Of a stretch of DNA of 64,000 nucleotides, positions 1 through 13,239 are shown one piece after another (positions within the stretch are counted from its first letter, which is position 1; each line of letters starts with the position of its first letter). The position numbers and the translations under genes are program-made. Under the pieces are notes generated by a model. It did not search any database, was not told the origin of the DNA, and was given only the letters and a program-made list of their open reading frames with translations. Source of the stretch: Puccinia triticina (lineage: Eukaryota); contig CP110439.1 of the NCBI GenBank assembly GCA_026914245.1, positions 2,728,001 through 2,792,000 of the forward strand, written 5' to 3'.

Positions 1-539
1 ATGCTCTGCTTGCCAATCATTTAGTTGCATAAGTAGCCAAGTAATGCCCACTTGATCCTGCCATCAATGCCATTTTATTGTTGTTGATCACAAAAAAGTG
101 TTTTCCAACTTCCAGGGCGCCTGTTTACCCTGAAAGGAAAGCAATGAGTCCAGAAATAATGAGGAAATGTCCCCCATTACAAGTCATGAATTTTGCACAT
201 AATTATTCCTTTGGGCTTGTCATGGGTGAGTACATGATACATCTGTCCATAACATGAGAGGATGGCCACCTGCATCTGGCAGATTTTAAGAATTGCAAAG
301 CTGAAAAATTGACAGAAATTGAAAATGGAGATGATTTAAACCAATCAATAGAAGGGCCACCTGTTGGAACTGAGACTTTTGAGTGGAGACAACAAAGCAA
401 GAGCAGGGCTGTGGAGACAGGACCCTGGAAATCCCCGACCAAGCTGCCTCATGTAATTTTTGCTGATTTTGGGTTTTGGATATGTGGGGAAATTGGGTTT
501 TTCCCAATTGAACCCAGTTTGGATACGAAGTACATGAGG

Positions 540-960
540 AGGATTTTTTGAGAGAAAGCCCCAACGGGGCAAAACTAGACAAAAAAAGCCTTTTTTTGGC
601 CGGGAATTGAACCCAAGACCTACATGGTTGGTTTTTCTTTCCAGGCAAGCCCAAAATATACCAACTACATCAGGAACATCTTCAAAAAATAAACCAATTT
701 AGATACTTATTTGGTGATTTACATGAGGAGCATTTTGCAAAAAAATGCACCAGAGGAGATTTTGACGCACTCTCCAGAGAGTGCCATACTTTACCCTTTT
801 TCTGCAACTGTGCTGGATGCCTTTGATGAAAGTAGTGCAAGAATTAATGAAAAATTCTGGAACTAATCCACAAATGATTTGAAACTGATCCTGGATTCAG
901 GCATAAACCATCCAGAAGTCATGCAGAAGTCAACTGTAAAACAACTGGAATGCGGTTGAA
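540..960. repeat. Degenerate interspersed repeat, homologous to 16450-16640 and 1815-1910
   Basis: 660-750 (ccaactacatcagg...aggagcattttgcaaaaaaatg) aligns with 16501-16590. 755-787 is the reverse complement of 1820-1852. No intact ORF. Confidence 0.5.
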
Positions 961-1913
961 ACCACTAAGACACAATCACCACAATCAAAGCATAATTCCA
1001 TTTGAAGTGTTTGGTAATTAAGATGAATGATTGGGTTTCAATTCATATCATTTATATGCACATGAAGGTGGTAATTGTTTTCACTTTTCTAATGTAACTG
1101 TCATGTGCGCGTGTGTAAGTTTGTTACAAATTGCAGGTTGGGCCTCCCGTGGATCAACAACATGTACATCCCTGTTAGAATGATGTGAAAGGCCCATCTG
1201 AATTGGCATATTTCCCTAAATAAGGCCAGTATCATCTAGAATTGAGCCAAAAAAGGATGAAAGTATGGTGAAAATATGAGTCAAGTCAAGCTTGGAGGTG
1301 TGTGGTCACAGATTTCAGATAGACATCCTGGCTTCTTCACATATATAAGCTTGTGAGTTGTTTTTGTGTTTGTTTGTTTTCCAATGTCTCCATGCACATG
1401 AATGTGAGTTTTTTTCCACTTTGCCAATGTCACCTTTGTGTACGCGCGTACATTAGGGTGACAGATCACTGGAGGCGCCTTTCACAGCTCCATTACAAGT
1501 AAAAACTGGTCAGAAAGCCATGAAAGCCCCCGCAGGTCACATTTACGTTGTTTGGAACCCCTTTGACATAGAGAAATTGATCAACAGAAATTCACCATAA
1601 ATGAGTAATAGTTGGGCATTGATTAACTATGATTTCATGACAGATTGTAATTAAGTTATACTTAGAAAATTAAGTGGTTCTATACAACCTTGCACAAGGT
1701 CCTGTGATAATTCCGCATCACTTCTGACACACTTCCCATTGACTTCTGAAGAATTTATCAATCATTTCCTAATCCACATCAGACTCACATCAGACCCAGA
1801 AGAACATAAAATTAGACTCTGGCACTCCCTGGAGAGTGTGTCAAAGTCTCCCCTGGTGATGTCCCCCGGATACATGTTACATGAGGCGGCTTGGTAGGGG
1901 CTCTCTGGGGTCC

Positions 1914-2318
1914 TGTGGAGACTCAAGAAATGGGGCAGTGAGGATGACAAGGCTCACCGGATGCAGCTCAGGAGGTGGCACAAAAAATGAAGGATGAGAA
2001 CCAATGGTTCGATTCACATGTAATTAGCACGGTATAAGTAGAATATGTACATGTGGTCAAACTATGGTTGAGAGAAAATAGGTTTATGAATAAAAACAGC
2101 GCCATAATGAATAGAAACACACACAAGAAGACAAGTTACACTTGGAGAGTTGATAAGCTGATAGTGTCAAGGTTCATGACTACAAGATGTTGGTCAGACA
2201 TACATATCTGAGATGGCAACAGGCTACAATGTCAAGGTTCATCAAGAGGGAGAAAATATGGGTAGAAAGGAAACTGGGAATTTGGTATGAGTAAGAGAAA
2301 AGAGATTAAATTTCAACA
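1914..2318. mobile_element. Probable decayed solo LTR related to 33531-34065
   Basis: Starts tgtggag and ends tttcaaca. Shares blocks with the solo LTR at 33531 (gagaaccaatg, tatgtacatg, tgagagaaaa, tgaataaaaa). No matching TSD. Confidence 0.45.
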
Positions 2319-2686
2319 CCACCACATCAGTAAACAAAAGCTGGATTCATCCACAAATATGCCTACTTGTTTTAACTACATTTTCCTGAGGTGCTTGTAA
2401 GGCATATTTGTTGGTTTAATCATTAATCAAGAAGATTCCCCTCTCACACAAGTTGGCCCAGAATAGATTTCATCATTGCATAGAAATGGCCATTTTCATG
2501 GCATAAACGCAAGGTCCCCTTCAACTGATCACCAACTCAATACTTGATCAACAGAGCAGCTGATCATACATTAGGCTACAGTTATCCTTGAAATGCTGTG
2601 GAAAATTACACAAGATTTATGGTAAACTCTAGCATCACATCAGTACCTGGGTCTGATGGAATTATGGTATGGCACTCTTTAGGGAG

Positions 2687-3182
2687 TGTGACAAATTCCC
2701 CCCTCATGTATGCCATACTAATGCAAGGAGTGCATAAACAAAGTGGGGAAATGTCAAATACAGGGGTACCTTGTGCAAGGGGTGCATAAAAGGTGTCAGA
2801 CTAATGCAAGGAGTGCATAAACAAAGCGGGGACATGTCAAATACAGAAGAAATGGGGTTGGTCCCCTGCATATGCAGTGGAGATAAGTAGGATAGAGTAG
2901 AGTATTTGTGTGTCTGGGGCTGAGTAGTGTGTATACCTGGGAAAGGTGACTTGAGGGGTGTGAAAGGTTGATGAATGGGGCTGGCTGTGTCCATGAGGGG
3001 TCCAAGAGGGTGTAACTTCCCATCCAGTGGGGTTGCGGTGACACTTCCAGTGGTGACTAGGGGTAAAGTAGGTTGTAGAATCCATTTCCGAGGTCTGTTT
3101 GATGGTATCTTGAGGCCTAGGGTGAGTCAATATATGGTGTAGAAAAAACTTTTGATTTTTTACTTTTCCGTCTACCCCAACA
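2687..3182 (-). mobile_element. LTR remnant of the same family as 50739-51695
   Basis: 3010-3178 aligns with 51525-51693 (cttccagtggtgactagggg...tagaatccattt...atggtatcttgagg...ttttccgtctacc). Left boundary is approximate. Confidence 0.6.
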
Positions 3183-3343
3183 TCTGGAACTGGTCATAAT
3201 TTGGTCCCTAGAATGTATGGGAGTCATTTTCCCAAAAAACATAAGTTGTTTTTCCAACCCTCTGAAAGTAAAGATAATCTCCACCAGGAAAAAATTGTGC
3301 ACTAAGGTGATACAAGTATGATATAAGCCCATGATGAGGCTGT

Positions 3344-4022
3344 TATGGTGTTGCAAGCGCGTCTGGGCACATACCCAACTCCCGCTTGGCCAAGTGCCTC
3401 CGGGGGTTGGGCATGTGCCCAGCGGGCTTGATCGGGCAGGTTGCGCGGGGGGCAGAGCTTGGCACACAGCCAAGTCCCGCTTGGCCAAAATCAAGCTCTG
3501 GGCCGATGGGATCCGTGACTTGGCATGCAACACGCCGGTCATCAGACGCCGGCCCTCGTCTCTGCCTAGGCAAGAACAATGTGCCCTTGAGGAGGGGAAA
3601 TGTTCTCCCTTCTTGACATCACACATCAGACATCAACAAGGGAGATTTTCCTTCTCAATGGCCGGTCTGTAGGCTGGTCATCGGGGAGGAAAGACTCCCT
3701 TCGTGGTGGTCAATACTTGTATCAATCATCAAGAAGTGAGTCTTCCCTTCTTGATGACCAGTTTGTAGACCGACCATCAAGGGGGGAAACTTCTCTCCTT
3801 GATGGCCGGCACAGCGTTTGGCGTGTGTGGCACCCTTGCTTGAAATCAGCCCAGCGGGGCTTTGTGCCAAACCCCGCCCACTTTGCGATATGCCTAGCGG
3901 GGGTTGGGAGTGTGCCAGGCGGGCTTGAGGATCGGCCAAGCGTGCTTTAGCATTGGCCACGCGCACTTGGCCTTTTTTTGGCCAAACTTTGGTGAGTGCC
4001 CAGACGGGCTTGCAACACCATA
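3344..4022. mobile_element. Non-autonomous TIR element (MITE)
   Basis: TIRs tatggtgttgcaagcgcgtctgggcac and gtgcccagacgggcttgcaacaccata. Internal ttggc/gccaa motifs. TSD not clear. Confidence 0.7.
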
Positions 4023-7000
4023 CTACATTGTGTGTGTGAACCATTTCAGTTACAGGCAAGGTTTATAACTTTACAAAGTGTGAGATCTGTTGACAGAGGA
4101 GTGTAACTTCTGAGGGGGGAGGGGGAGGGATGGGGTTGCCAGGATATGAACCGGGGATATCTGCAGGTGAGCAGTCTGCAAGAACTCCAGGTTACAATGG
4201 TCTTCCCCCATTAGACCATCTTGGCCCCAACTTTGTTGTTTGGGAAAGCCAAAGACTACATCACTGCAAGAAAAAGTCAAGTACAGTTGAGTCTCTATTA
4301 AGCCATACCACTCAGTGGGTTAACAAGTCATGTGTACCTGCCATTTTGCAATGTTGGTGGATAGATCAGGAAAAATGTTGCATGCGTTAATAGGGACTCA
4401 ACTGTAACTGCAAGCAATTGACATGAACTCCAAGCAGGCTTGTGGTATTCCACAAGCCTTTTTCAAGGCTTACTTAGGGTGTTCAGAATTGATTTTTGAA
4501 TATCATTTTACATGAAATAATAAGATTTATCTAAGTTTTCAGAGGTGTTTGAAATGAAGAGAACCCTCAACTTTCACCCCATCAAACATTTGGACATGTA
4601 GCTCTTATGATTTTATGTAGAAAGTAGTTTGAAAATAAATTTTGAGCACCATAACTGTTTACCAAGCTTCAATGCACATTCACTGTGCAGAAAGCACTTA
4701 TGTGTGTTTGGGTGGAGCTAGAATAGCAGTTCCACAGCAGTTCATAATCCACCTGTCAACTGCTAGCAGTTGAGCAAGTCTTTCTTGTAGTGCATAAGCA
4801 GATTGGTGAGAGCTCCTGCAAACAAATTTTTATGAATTTATCATTTACACATTTGTGCATGCATAAATCCCAAATTTGAACACCTTCATTGTTAGATGAT
4901 TATGGTTTTTTTTTTTTTCTTTTGGGGGGGGGGGGGGGGTGGGGGGTGAGACAGCTTGGTATGTAAATTTTGATGTAGATAATAGATAACTTCAGTCAAA
5001 CTGTGCAGCCATTTCTGACAGAATTTTCTGGCCTGGTGGCAAGACCTGCCTGGCAGATTTGTACACTTCTGCTCTTGGGGCTGGGTGATTTTTACATAAA
5101 AAAACCCAAAAATGTGAAGCCTGTCAGACACAATTGGCAGGGGACTTTGGCTTTGAAAACACTGGTCAGTGGATCTGCCTATGACAGAGGACACTAGAGT
5201 ATGTACACTCCACAGCAGGTAGCCTCAAGTCATTGGATAAATTGGTGTTCAAAGCTGACTGCATGTGTATAAATGTGTCAGCACAAAATCATAATACCTT
5301 TGGTTGGAATTATGTAAGCAGGTCCCCGCCAACATTCGTCTGCAAAAACCTATGAATACCCAAAATCTGGTGATTAAAGTTTTTTTTGCTATGCTACATT
5401 CTTATCTGTATCACAGTTCAAGTCTTAGTATGGCTGATCATGCCTTTCAGACCTTTTGAGATCATCAAATCCAATCTCACACCCTTTACTGGAGGACTTC
5501 CTATTGCCTATATGGCTTGATTTTGAGGGAGGCACTAAACCTTGTTTTTTGGTGAGAAATTGATCTCAATCAAATTTCACCAGCCAATAATGTTTAGCTG
5601 TTCCTTCTGGCTGAAAAATTTAAGCAGACAGGAAGTGCTCCACTTGGCTGCTGCTTAGGGGTTATCAAATCCAGGCTAGCAGATGTATATGTATGTCACA
5701 TGGCCAATCTTTGCGCCGATTTATTTTTATGTATGTACAGGAGATAGATGATCTGAGGGGATGCGCATGCACAGATGAGACCTTCGTCCCTTATGTACTG
5801 ATGAAGCACAGCCAGATCCCCAAACCTTGTTTTGCTTTCTGTCCAACCGCGGGATCGGAAGGTGGAGTGTATCAGAGTGTGCCTGTCACGCTGCTGTCAC
5901 GGCTCCTCCGCATCTTCCCAACCCATTCTCCTCTGGCTCGTCCCTTTTCCTGCCGCCAACCGCTTCAAGCAAGAGAAAAGCACGAAACAAGCCGAGCACC
6001 ACCCGAGTCGCAAAGGAAAAGGAAATTGTTAAATAGCCTGTCTGCGTTTCACCCAGCGTAGTCCCGACAACAACACCCACTGAGTTGTTAGCACGACTCG
6101 CCCTCCTCCCTACCATCATCTCTCTCACCCGTCCTTACCTAGTCAGCCTCCCCTAGTGACTACATACTCCGTAGATCTAAGCACCAATCCAGCCAACCTT
6201 TGTATCTCTCCTCTTTCCTCCTCTCGTTCTCCCCCTCAAGCTCATCATAACCGACTCGAACCTGTGAGCCGTCCCGAACCGAATGAGCAGGACAGATCTA
6301 TTTAGCTCCAACCAAGACACCGTCTGGGCAGTCAACCCTGAGACAATCGGAGGCAGGTAAATCGCACAGCTCTTTTTCTTGGGAGGAAAACCATCACCCT
6401 TTTCTCTCTTCTGTGTATCGTCTTGAAGTCCTTGAATGTTCCGGTTGATCCGATAAGCTTAATTTCATTAACCAGCTCTTAGTGGTCACTCTCCAGGTCG
6501 TAGCTGTTATCTGACCATCACTCCTATCTGTTCGTTCGCCTCCCAAAAACAGAGAGACCTGCTACCCATCAGACCCATCCCACTGTCTCATTCGTAGCCT
6601 TGTCTTCTGATTCCAATCACAACATCCTCAACCGATCTGTCTTTGTCTGTTACATATGTTGGCTCAACAACCAATTCCGTCTTGATCTCGCCTTGCTGAC
6701 ATTGATTCTATCTCCCCCTACCAGCCTCTTTGCACCAAGCTCATCCTACCAACCAGCTACCTTTCAAACTCGCTGCCCTTCCGCCACCCTCGTTAACCCT
6801 ATCCTCAGCTCGCCTCTTGGATCACAGCTGATCAGTCTGGCCGCCCTTCAACCACCACCAACATCAATGAAAGGCTCCTTTGGATCTGCTCTCGGCTTCT
6901 TTATCTCCCTTCCAAGAGTATTCCCAGCCTACTTCTCCGCAGGCCTTCACCCAGTCACATTCTCCCCACGCCTCTAGATCGATATTGTCTTGGGATCGAT

Positions 7001-7233
7001 CTTCGTCTCTCTAAACACCCTCGCAACGCTTTTTGCCACTGACTAGCACCAATCATCTTCAAATCTCGGCACATCTCAAAGACGAAGGACCTTATCGTTT
7101 ATCTCCCTGATTGTTATTCAGGACGCTATCTTGCCGCTTCACTTTCGGACCTGGTAAGCTCGCGACCTCCTGCGCTATCGTGAATACTGTGACTTAATCA
7201 GACGTTCTTTCGCAGATTTTATAATCCTTAAAG

Positions 7234-9602
7234 ATGGTGGCCATCAAGAGCTTTGCACAACTCTCTCTTTCACGCCCTTCCTCCCAACCCGCAGCATCCA
7301 GAGCCACTAATGACACCCTCCAATCTCCCACCGAGCATGCTGCCGTCCCCAACTTGGTCCGACGACCGACCTGCAATGAAGACTATTATTTATCGGATGA
7401 CCAGCTTGTCCTTTCCAAGCACTCAAGTCGCTCAAAGCCTTACGGCTCCCCCCTTCCTCCAGCTGACGCAAAGTTCAACTCGGCCCATCCCATCAACCTC
7501 AAAGTGTCGTGGAACGGTAACAATGAAAATCCGACATCGGGTCAACCAGTCACGAAAGCATCTACGTTCAGCTCCAACAAACTTACCATACCTTCTAAGG
7601 TTCAAGCTTTGGCGTCCTCAACCCCAACGGCGTCACTTACCAATGGTCACACCACTCCAGTCGGCCCTCAGCCCACTACGCACAAGCATTTGATCTCGAG
7701 CCTACGTACCGTCTCTGGCAAACAGAGCGCAGCCCTCTCCCGCAATCCGACTCCCCTCAGCTCTGTGCCCCAAAGTCCCCCAACCGTTTGCCCCAGCGGC
7801 TTAGTTCCTGCACCTGCCAATCCGATCGCCTTGCATCAACTTGAAGCCAGCTACGTTAGTAAAGTTGGGACTCGTCTTCGGGACTTGATCGACCAAGTCT
7901 TTCCTTCATCTATTGAAAATAGTCCTGTTTGGAACGGCAGGGGGGCACCGAAACCAAGTGCTGCTGTTGAAGTCGTCGAGGCCTTGAGGCAGTAAGTGTT
8001 TTACAGCCAGCTTAACTGTGCTGCTCATTTGCTGACCGAATCAACAGTGAGTTGGAAGTTTGTAGTTGTGATTCGTACATTTTTCGCTCGCTCTTTCGGA
8101 CCGCCGCCATTCCTGCCCTTACGGTTTTCGCTGGAAGACTCGGCTCTCTTCTCATATTGCCAGCCAGTGACAGCTCTGCCCTGTATGTTCCCAAGTCGAT
8201 TAAAGATGCGGATCATTCGTTGCCGGTCGCATTGCGCTATAACATTGAAGTTGTACGGTGCGCCTGGGCAGCATACTCGTTGATCCGTGGGATCTTGAAA
8301 ACAAATGAATGGGGCCCTGAGGTCAAGAAAGTGCTGCGCGATGGCTTGGCGCCGTTTTTATCGAAGATGGACGCCATCATTCAGCAATTCATGGGCCCGT
8401 ACGTCCTAGAGATCAAGAAGCAAGTTACCAGCTGCATCTTAAAGTATCAATCAGTGGAATCCAGTACCGTCCCAGCGGCCAAAGGGCATCTCTCTCTCAG
8501 CCGTACAATTCCATCGCTCGGCGGTTACGGGACTTGGATGACGACTGCCCATCCGCACGAGCCTCTGCGCGAGCTGATCAATTTGTTGGAAGGCGTCCGG
8601 AAAGTTTTGATGATCAAATTGGCTTGTGGAGCTGAAAGTCATCGTTGGATGGTCAGTGTCGCTACCCAGGCGGTATGGAAAGGCATGCTCGTCTTCGCCA
8701 CTTGCGCATTTCCTCTCCCGACTCCGAACTCGCAACACTCTCGTGTATCACCTGCTACCCCGTCCGCCCATCTCATCGACAGCTATTCCTCAGCACTGGG
8801 CCTCAGAGGTGCTAGACACATATTGCACCCCGTCAAACGTTCGCCATCACCACCATTGAAGTCCGATGTTACCCTGCATCAGGAACTGGTTCAGAACCTC
8901 AAGGTGTTTGCAGTGGCGATTAGCGACTTTGTGAAGGATATTGCCGGGCTCGATCCCCGTTCCGGCAACAGTCCCTCGAGCTGCACCGGCCAGTGTGAGC
9001 TGTGTGCTCAAGGCTTTTCGGTCAACCCGGGAGATGACGGCGACTTGGTTCGAGAGGCCATGAACGAAGCCTTGGAGGCTCTCTCGGCACTCCAGCTCGT
9101 CGCCTCGGCTCTTCTTCTTCCAGACCGCTTACGCAGCAGCTTGATTGCATGCACAGACGCTTCGACGACCCTGAGCTTGTCCCTGGCTACTCGCAAGGCG
9201 GGTGACACTCAGCCCGCTTGTCCGACCTTAACGCTAGCATTGAAAGAGCTTCCGCCGTTCATCCTGTTGCATCTTATCGGCTCGCGGATCTCCAAGGAAG
9301 CTGGCTTCAGACTGCCTCACGAAGTATGGGGCATCAGCTGGGCGGATTACCAAGAAGAGTTGAAGGGCTTCGTCGCCGCCGAGCGCTGGCTTCCCGAGGT
9401 TGCTCACGAGATGGCCCAAGAGGTCCGTCGGATCCAGCGCCTTCGCCAGAAAATCCTCGAGACAACCTCCGACGGCCTTTCGCCCACTTCGTCCAAAGGC
9501 TCGTCGGACCACTCTACCGGTCAGACCCCCGATTCCCGCGCTGCTGACGATGTCGAATGGGTCAATCTTTTACTGCTCTCCATTCAAGTCTTGGTTGCCT
9601 AA
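7234..9602 (+). CDS. Hypothetical protein, ~770 aa, 2 coding exons (7234-7991, 8048-9602); S/P/T-rich N-terminus, predicted helical C-terminus
   Basis: ORFs 7234-7995 and 8052-9602 are joined in frame by intron 7992-8047 (GTAAGT...gctgac...AACAG). No family recognised. Confidence 0.8.
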
Positions 9603-11338
9603 GGGGACCTTCTCCCCCTCGCTGACGCTGCGTGACGTCACCCATGTTGTGGAAAAGAGAAATTTGTATCGAGCCCGTCCACATGTGCCCTATTTTCATC
9701 AGCTCTCATTTGCCCTCTCGACCGGCCCCAACCACCCGATAGATATCGTTCCTCCATCCATCATCCATCATTTTTTTGTGATTTGTGGATTGTCCTTCCG
9801 CCCCATCTACATGTTCAATTCAGATCCTCCCATTCCTCTGGCACACTTCCGCGCCATCATATATTCACATAAAGACCTCCATTTCCATCCATTCACACGT
9901 ACACATACGTATACATATACAAAATCTACAAATTGACCCATATCCAACCATAATTCATCATCCTTATACATTAACTGTCTGACCCTGTTTTTCGTTTTCT
10001 CTCCTTTTTTCCATCTCTCACGTACCTGATTGTTTTCTAGTCTCCTTCTCACAACGAAATGAAACAATGTCTTCGATATACCATGGTAGTTGCCATGATG
10101 AGTGTAGCTACAAAAGCACTTCTCGGTAACTTGGACAATGGTAATAGCGCCTGCTGAAATGTTTTGAGAGAAATACATTTCTATGTAACACTTGCTTGAT
10201 GTCTGGTCGGGAAAAGTATGAGAAAAGGTCTGAATCTGAGAACACGCCGAGCTCCGAACTTCACACAAGTCACTCCCGCCTAGCGACCTCCCAATCGCGC
10301 CTCCCCGGCGAGGATTCGGTAAGCTCGGCCGGGCTCGTTCCCTCCAGCAAGCCGTCAAATCGGAGCAAGAAGTATGGCTTGTGCACCAAACAATCTTCCG
10401 TGGCCGGTCACTCCTGGCCTCATATCCAGCTGAGTGCGAGGCTTCATGAATGGTGCCGGGACCAGATCAAAGCCCCCGACACCCGCCGTACGTCGCACGA
10501 CGTAAAAATATGAACAAATCAGATCGAAGTGGAGAAGGAACTCATCGGAACCCCAATTGCTGTCTTCCGTATGCAAATTATACTGACACTGATGGCAAGC
10601 ATTCTTATTGTCAAAATATCCACGCTCATTTCTCTCTCAGCATTCCTAACCACCTAATTATCACCCAATAGCTTGGTTACCCTCGAGCTCACTAGACACT
10701 AGAGCATGTGTCTAATGTGTGAGCGTTTGCTCTTGTGAAATCGGCACCACCGTAAACCACCACAATCAACAATCACGTGGGTTATCGCCGTTGGGTTATT
10801 AATTTAACCCAGGTTGGGGTGCAGAGGCATACCGCGGGGTTTTTCCGAGGCTTTCGCCGACAATTGGCCAGGAACCAAGCCTGGTCAATAATTGCGTTTT
10901 TTCTCTCGATCTCTCCCTCTCCCTTTCGTCTTCGCTCAGGAGTCTTTCGAGTAAACAACAGGCACGGCCTTTGATTAAAAATTTATGTAAACATTTTTTC
11001 CCCCGAAAGGTAACCTTCTCTCAAGAGAAAAAAGAAATCAGACAGGGGGTTTTTCAAGACAACTTGTTAGGTGGCTAGTTTGGTCATAACAAGGAAAAAT
11101 CGAGACACATTTTTACGGTCTGAGTGGATCTTTGAAATTCAGCAATAGATAGTCCAAGGATCAATATAATACATGCTGGCCGAGTCATTCTGAGTGGGTA
11201 GGATAGGGATCAATAGAAAAAGAGAAAAAAGAGCCACCCAGATTCACACTTGATATAAATGAAAGTTGAGGAGAGAGCCACAAGTTCTTCAACATTGGAG
11301 CCGGGTTTTCTGCGGTGGCCTGCAAAATGACTGTTCGA

Positions 11339-12175
11339 CTACTTGTGCGAATCTTCGTCTGGTTCTTCCTTGTGAGGTGGTTTCTTGTGACCGTATCCGG
11401 GCTCCTTCGGCTTCTGAGGTGGAGGCGAGGGTGGGGGCTTCGGAGCGCCGTACTTGGGATCCTTAGGTTTGTGAGGTGGCGGTGGTGGAGGCTTGTCGTG
11501 GGGTGGCGGGGGTGGCGGGGGCTTGTGCGGTGGGGGTGGTGGGGGTTTCTGGTGTGGTGGGGGTGGTGGGGGCTTGTGGTGGGGTGGCGGGGGTGGTGGG
11601 GGCTTATGCGGTGGGGGCGGGGGTTTATGCGGTGGGGGCGGGGGCTTATGATGCGGTGGCGGGGGCGGAGGTTTATGCGGTGGGGGCGGTGGGGGCTTAT
11701 GGTGGGGCGGGGGTGGGGGTGGGGGCTTGTCATGAGGTGGTGGGGGCTTTGGATTGCCATACTTGGGCGGCTCGGGCTTTTCCTTGTGGGGGGGAGGCTT
11801 CGGCGCACTATACTTGGGGTCTTTTGCGGAATAATCCTTGGCATCGTCCTTCTGATAATCCCTGGGCGACAGTTGGATAGCTCGTCTGGAGTTTTGGGGC
11901 GATGTCGTCCTAAAAATAGTAGAAATCAAGTTGACTTTTCAATGGTAGGCTGTTCTAGACCGCGAAATAAATCATGCTCTGCGTAGGAATCTGAGGTACT
12001 CACACTGCGCGCTCATGGAGCCCATAGGTTTCGAGAACTACAGAGATCCAATTGGAAGAATAGGAAAACAAATGCTGTCAGAAGTCTTGCATAATGGTCA
12101 ACTGTCACAGAGCAGTGAAGATCAAAGAAACTCACTCAGCACACAAGCCAAGATCAAGTATTTTAGTTTCAACAT
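11339..12175 (-). CDS. Secreted proline-rich, extensin-like protein (HKPPPP repeats), 3 exons
   Basis: Exon 1 MLKLKYLILACVL (GTGAGT donor), exon 2 ILETYGLHERAV (GTGAGT donor), then exon 3 TTSPQNSRRAIQ...PPPHHKPPPP...HK*. Splice phases are consistent and the N-terminus looks like a signal peptide. Confidence 0.8.
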
Positions 12176-13239
12176 TTTGTTTTTCGGGTTCGGTCGAGAA
12201 GGACGCGAAGAAAGCTTTAAGAGCAGGCTGGCCAACTGTTGGAAGGCTGTAGGCAGTTGTGGGTGGAATGTGCCTGGAGAACGGTATCTGGCACAGAAGA
12301 GCTGGTCTTTAAATATCTGCAAGAACAGCAGAGCCACCCCCAGGTATCCACGATGAAAGCCCTTGGGGCAGCCCTCTTGGATCCTCCAAGACCTGGGCGT
12401 GTGTGCACAGCGGTGCAAACTTGAGAGACCGATTGCGTGATCCCAAGGGGTGTCGGGGGACCATATCCGACTCTCTGACCAAACACTCATTCACCCAACA
12501 GCAGCTGGCCGACATGTTTATCGGGCGAACGGATGTTCACAAATTTGTAATGTCAAGCCGACAGACACGATTAAAATTTACAATCAAGGCCAATTCGTTC
12601 TCAAAGCGCTCGAGCAGCGGTGCTATGAATGCACACACCTGACTTGGTAGAAAAAGGTAAAGCGTTTAATTAGTCATCAATTTCTGACTCTCGCTATTTC
12701 GAATCCTGACTGATTGCGCCTGTGTCACGCTTTGTACACATCAGATGCCCAATCCTGCCCAAATTACTTGTAAATTTCTGCGTCATCCTATAGTCGATAT
12801 ATAAAACACCTTGAATTGAGCCACTCTCCGATTGATCAAGACCAGCTATGTATCTATATATGTATTAGTTGCCTGAGACTTGATTGTCTCCCAAGCGACT
12901 TCGCTTAAATATTTGCATCCAATCTTTATAGCCTGTTCTTCTACAAGCAGACTCACGGAGTACAAAATCTGAGCAAACAAAGCTATAAACGAAGTTAAAT
13001 GGGGAGAGCTGATGAATGCTGTATGTACTGGGGTTATTGTAAAAACAAAAGGATCTGCTTATGTACACCAAATAACTGCGCGGCAGAGAGGCGCAGCCGC
13101 TGGGCTTCCCGACTCTCGGCTATCGGCCCAACACGAAAAGAAACGCGATCTAACGCGATCCGTGGGCGAGTTCACAACTGGGGATCCCAATTTCGAATAC
13201 TGAAAATGAAGAGTAGGGAGGCTTGGGGGCACTTAATGC

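Noticed and set aside
4905..4946. Poly-T/poly-G run
   Set aside because: A simple homopolymer, possibly error-prone, with no further structure.
11185..11986. Trp/Gly-rich, Val/Gly-rich and His/Arg-rich ORFs
   Set aside because: They are alternative-frame or antisense shadows of the proline-repeat exon.
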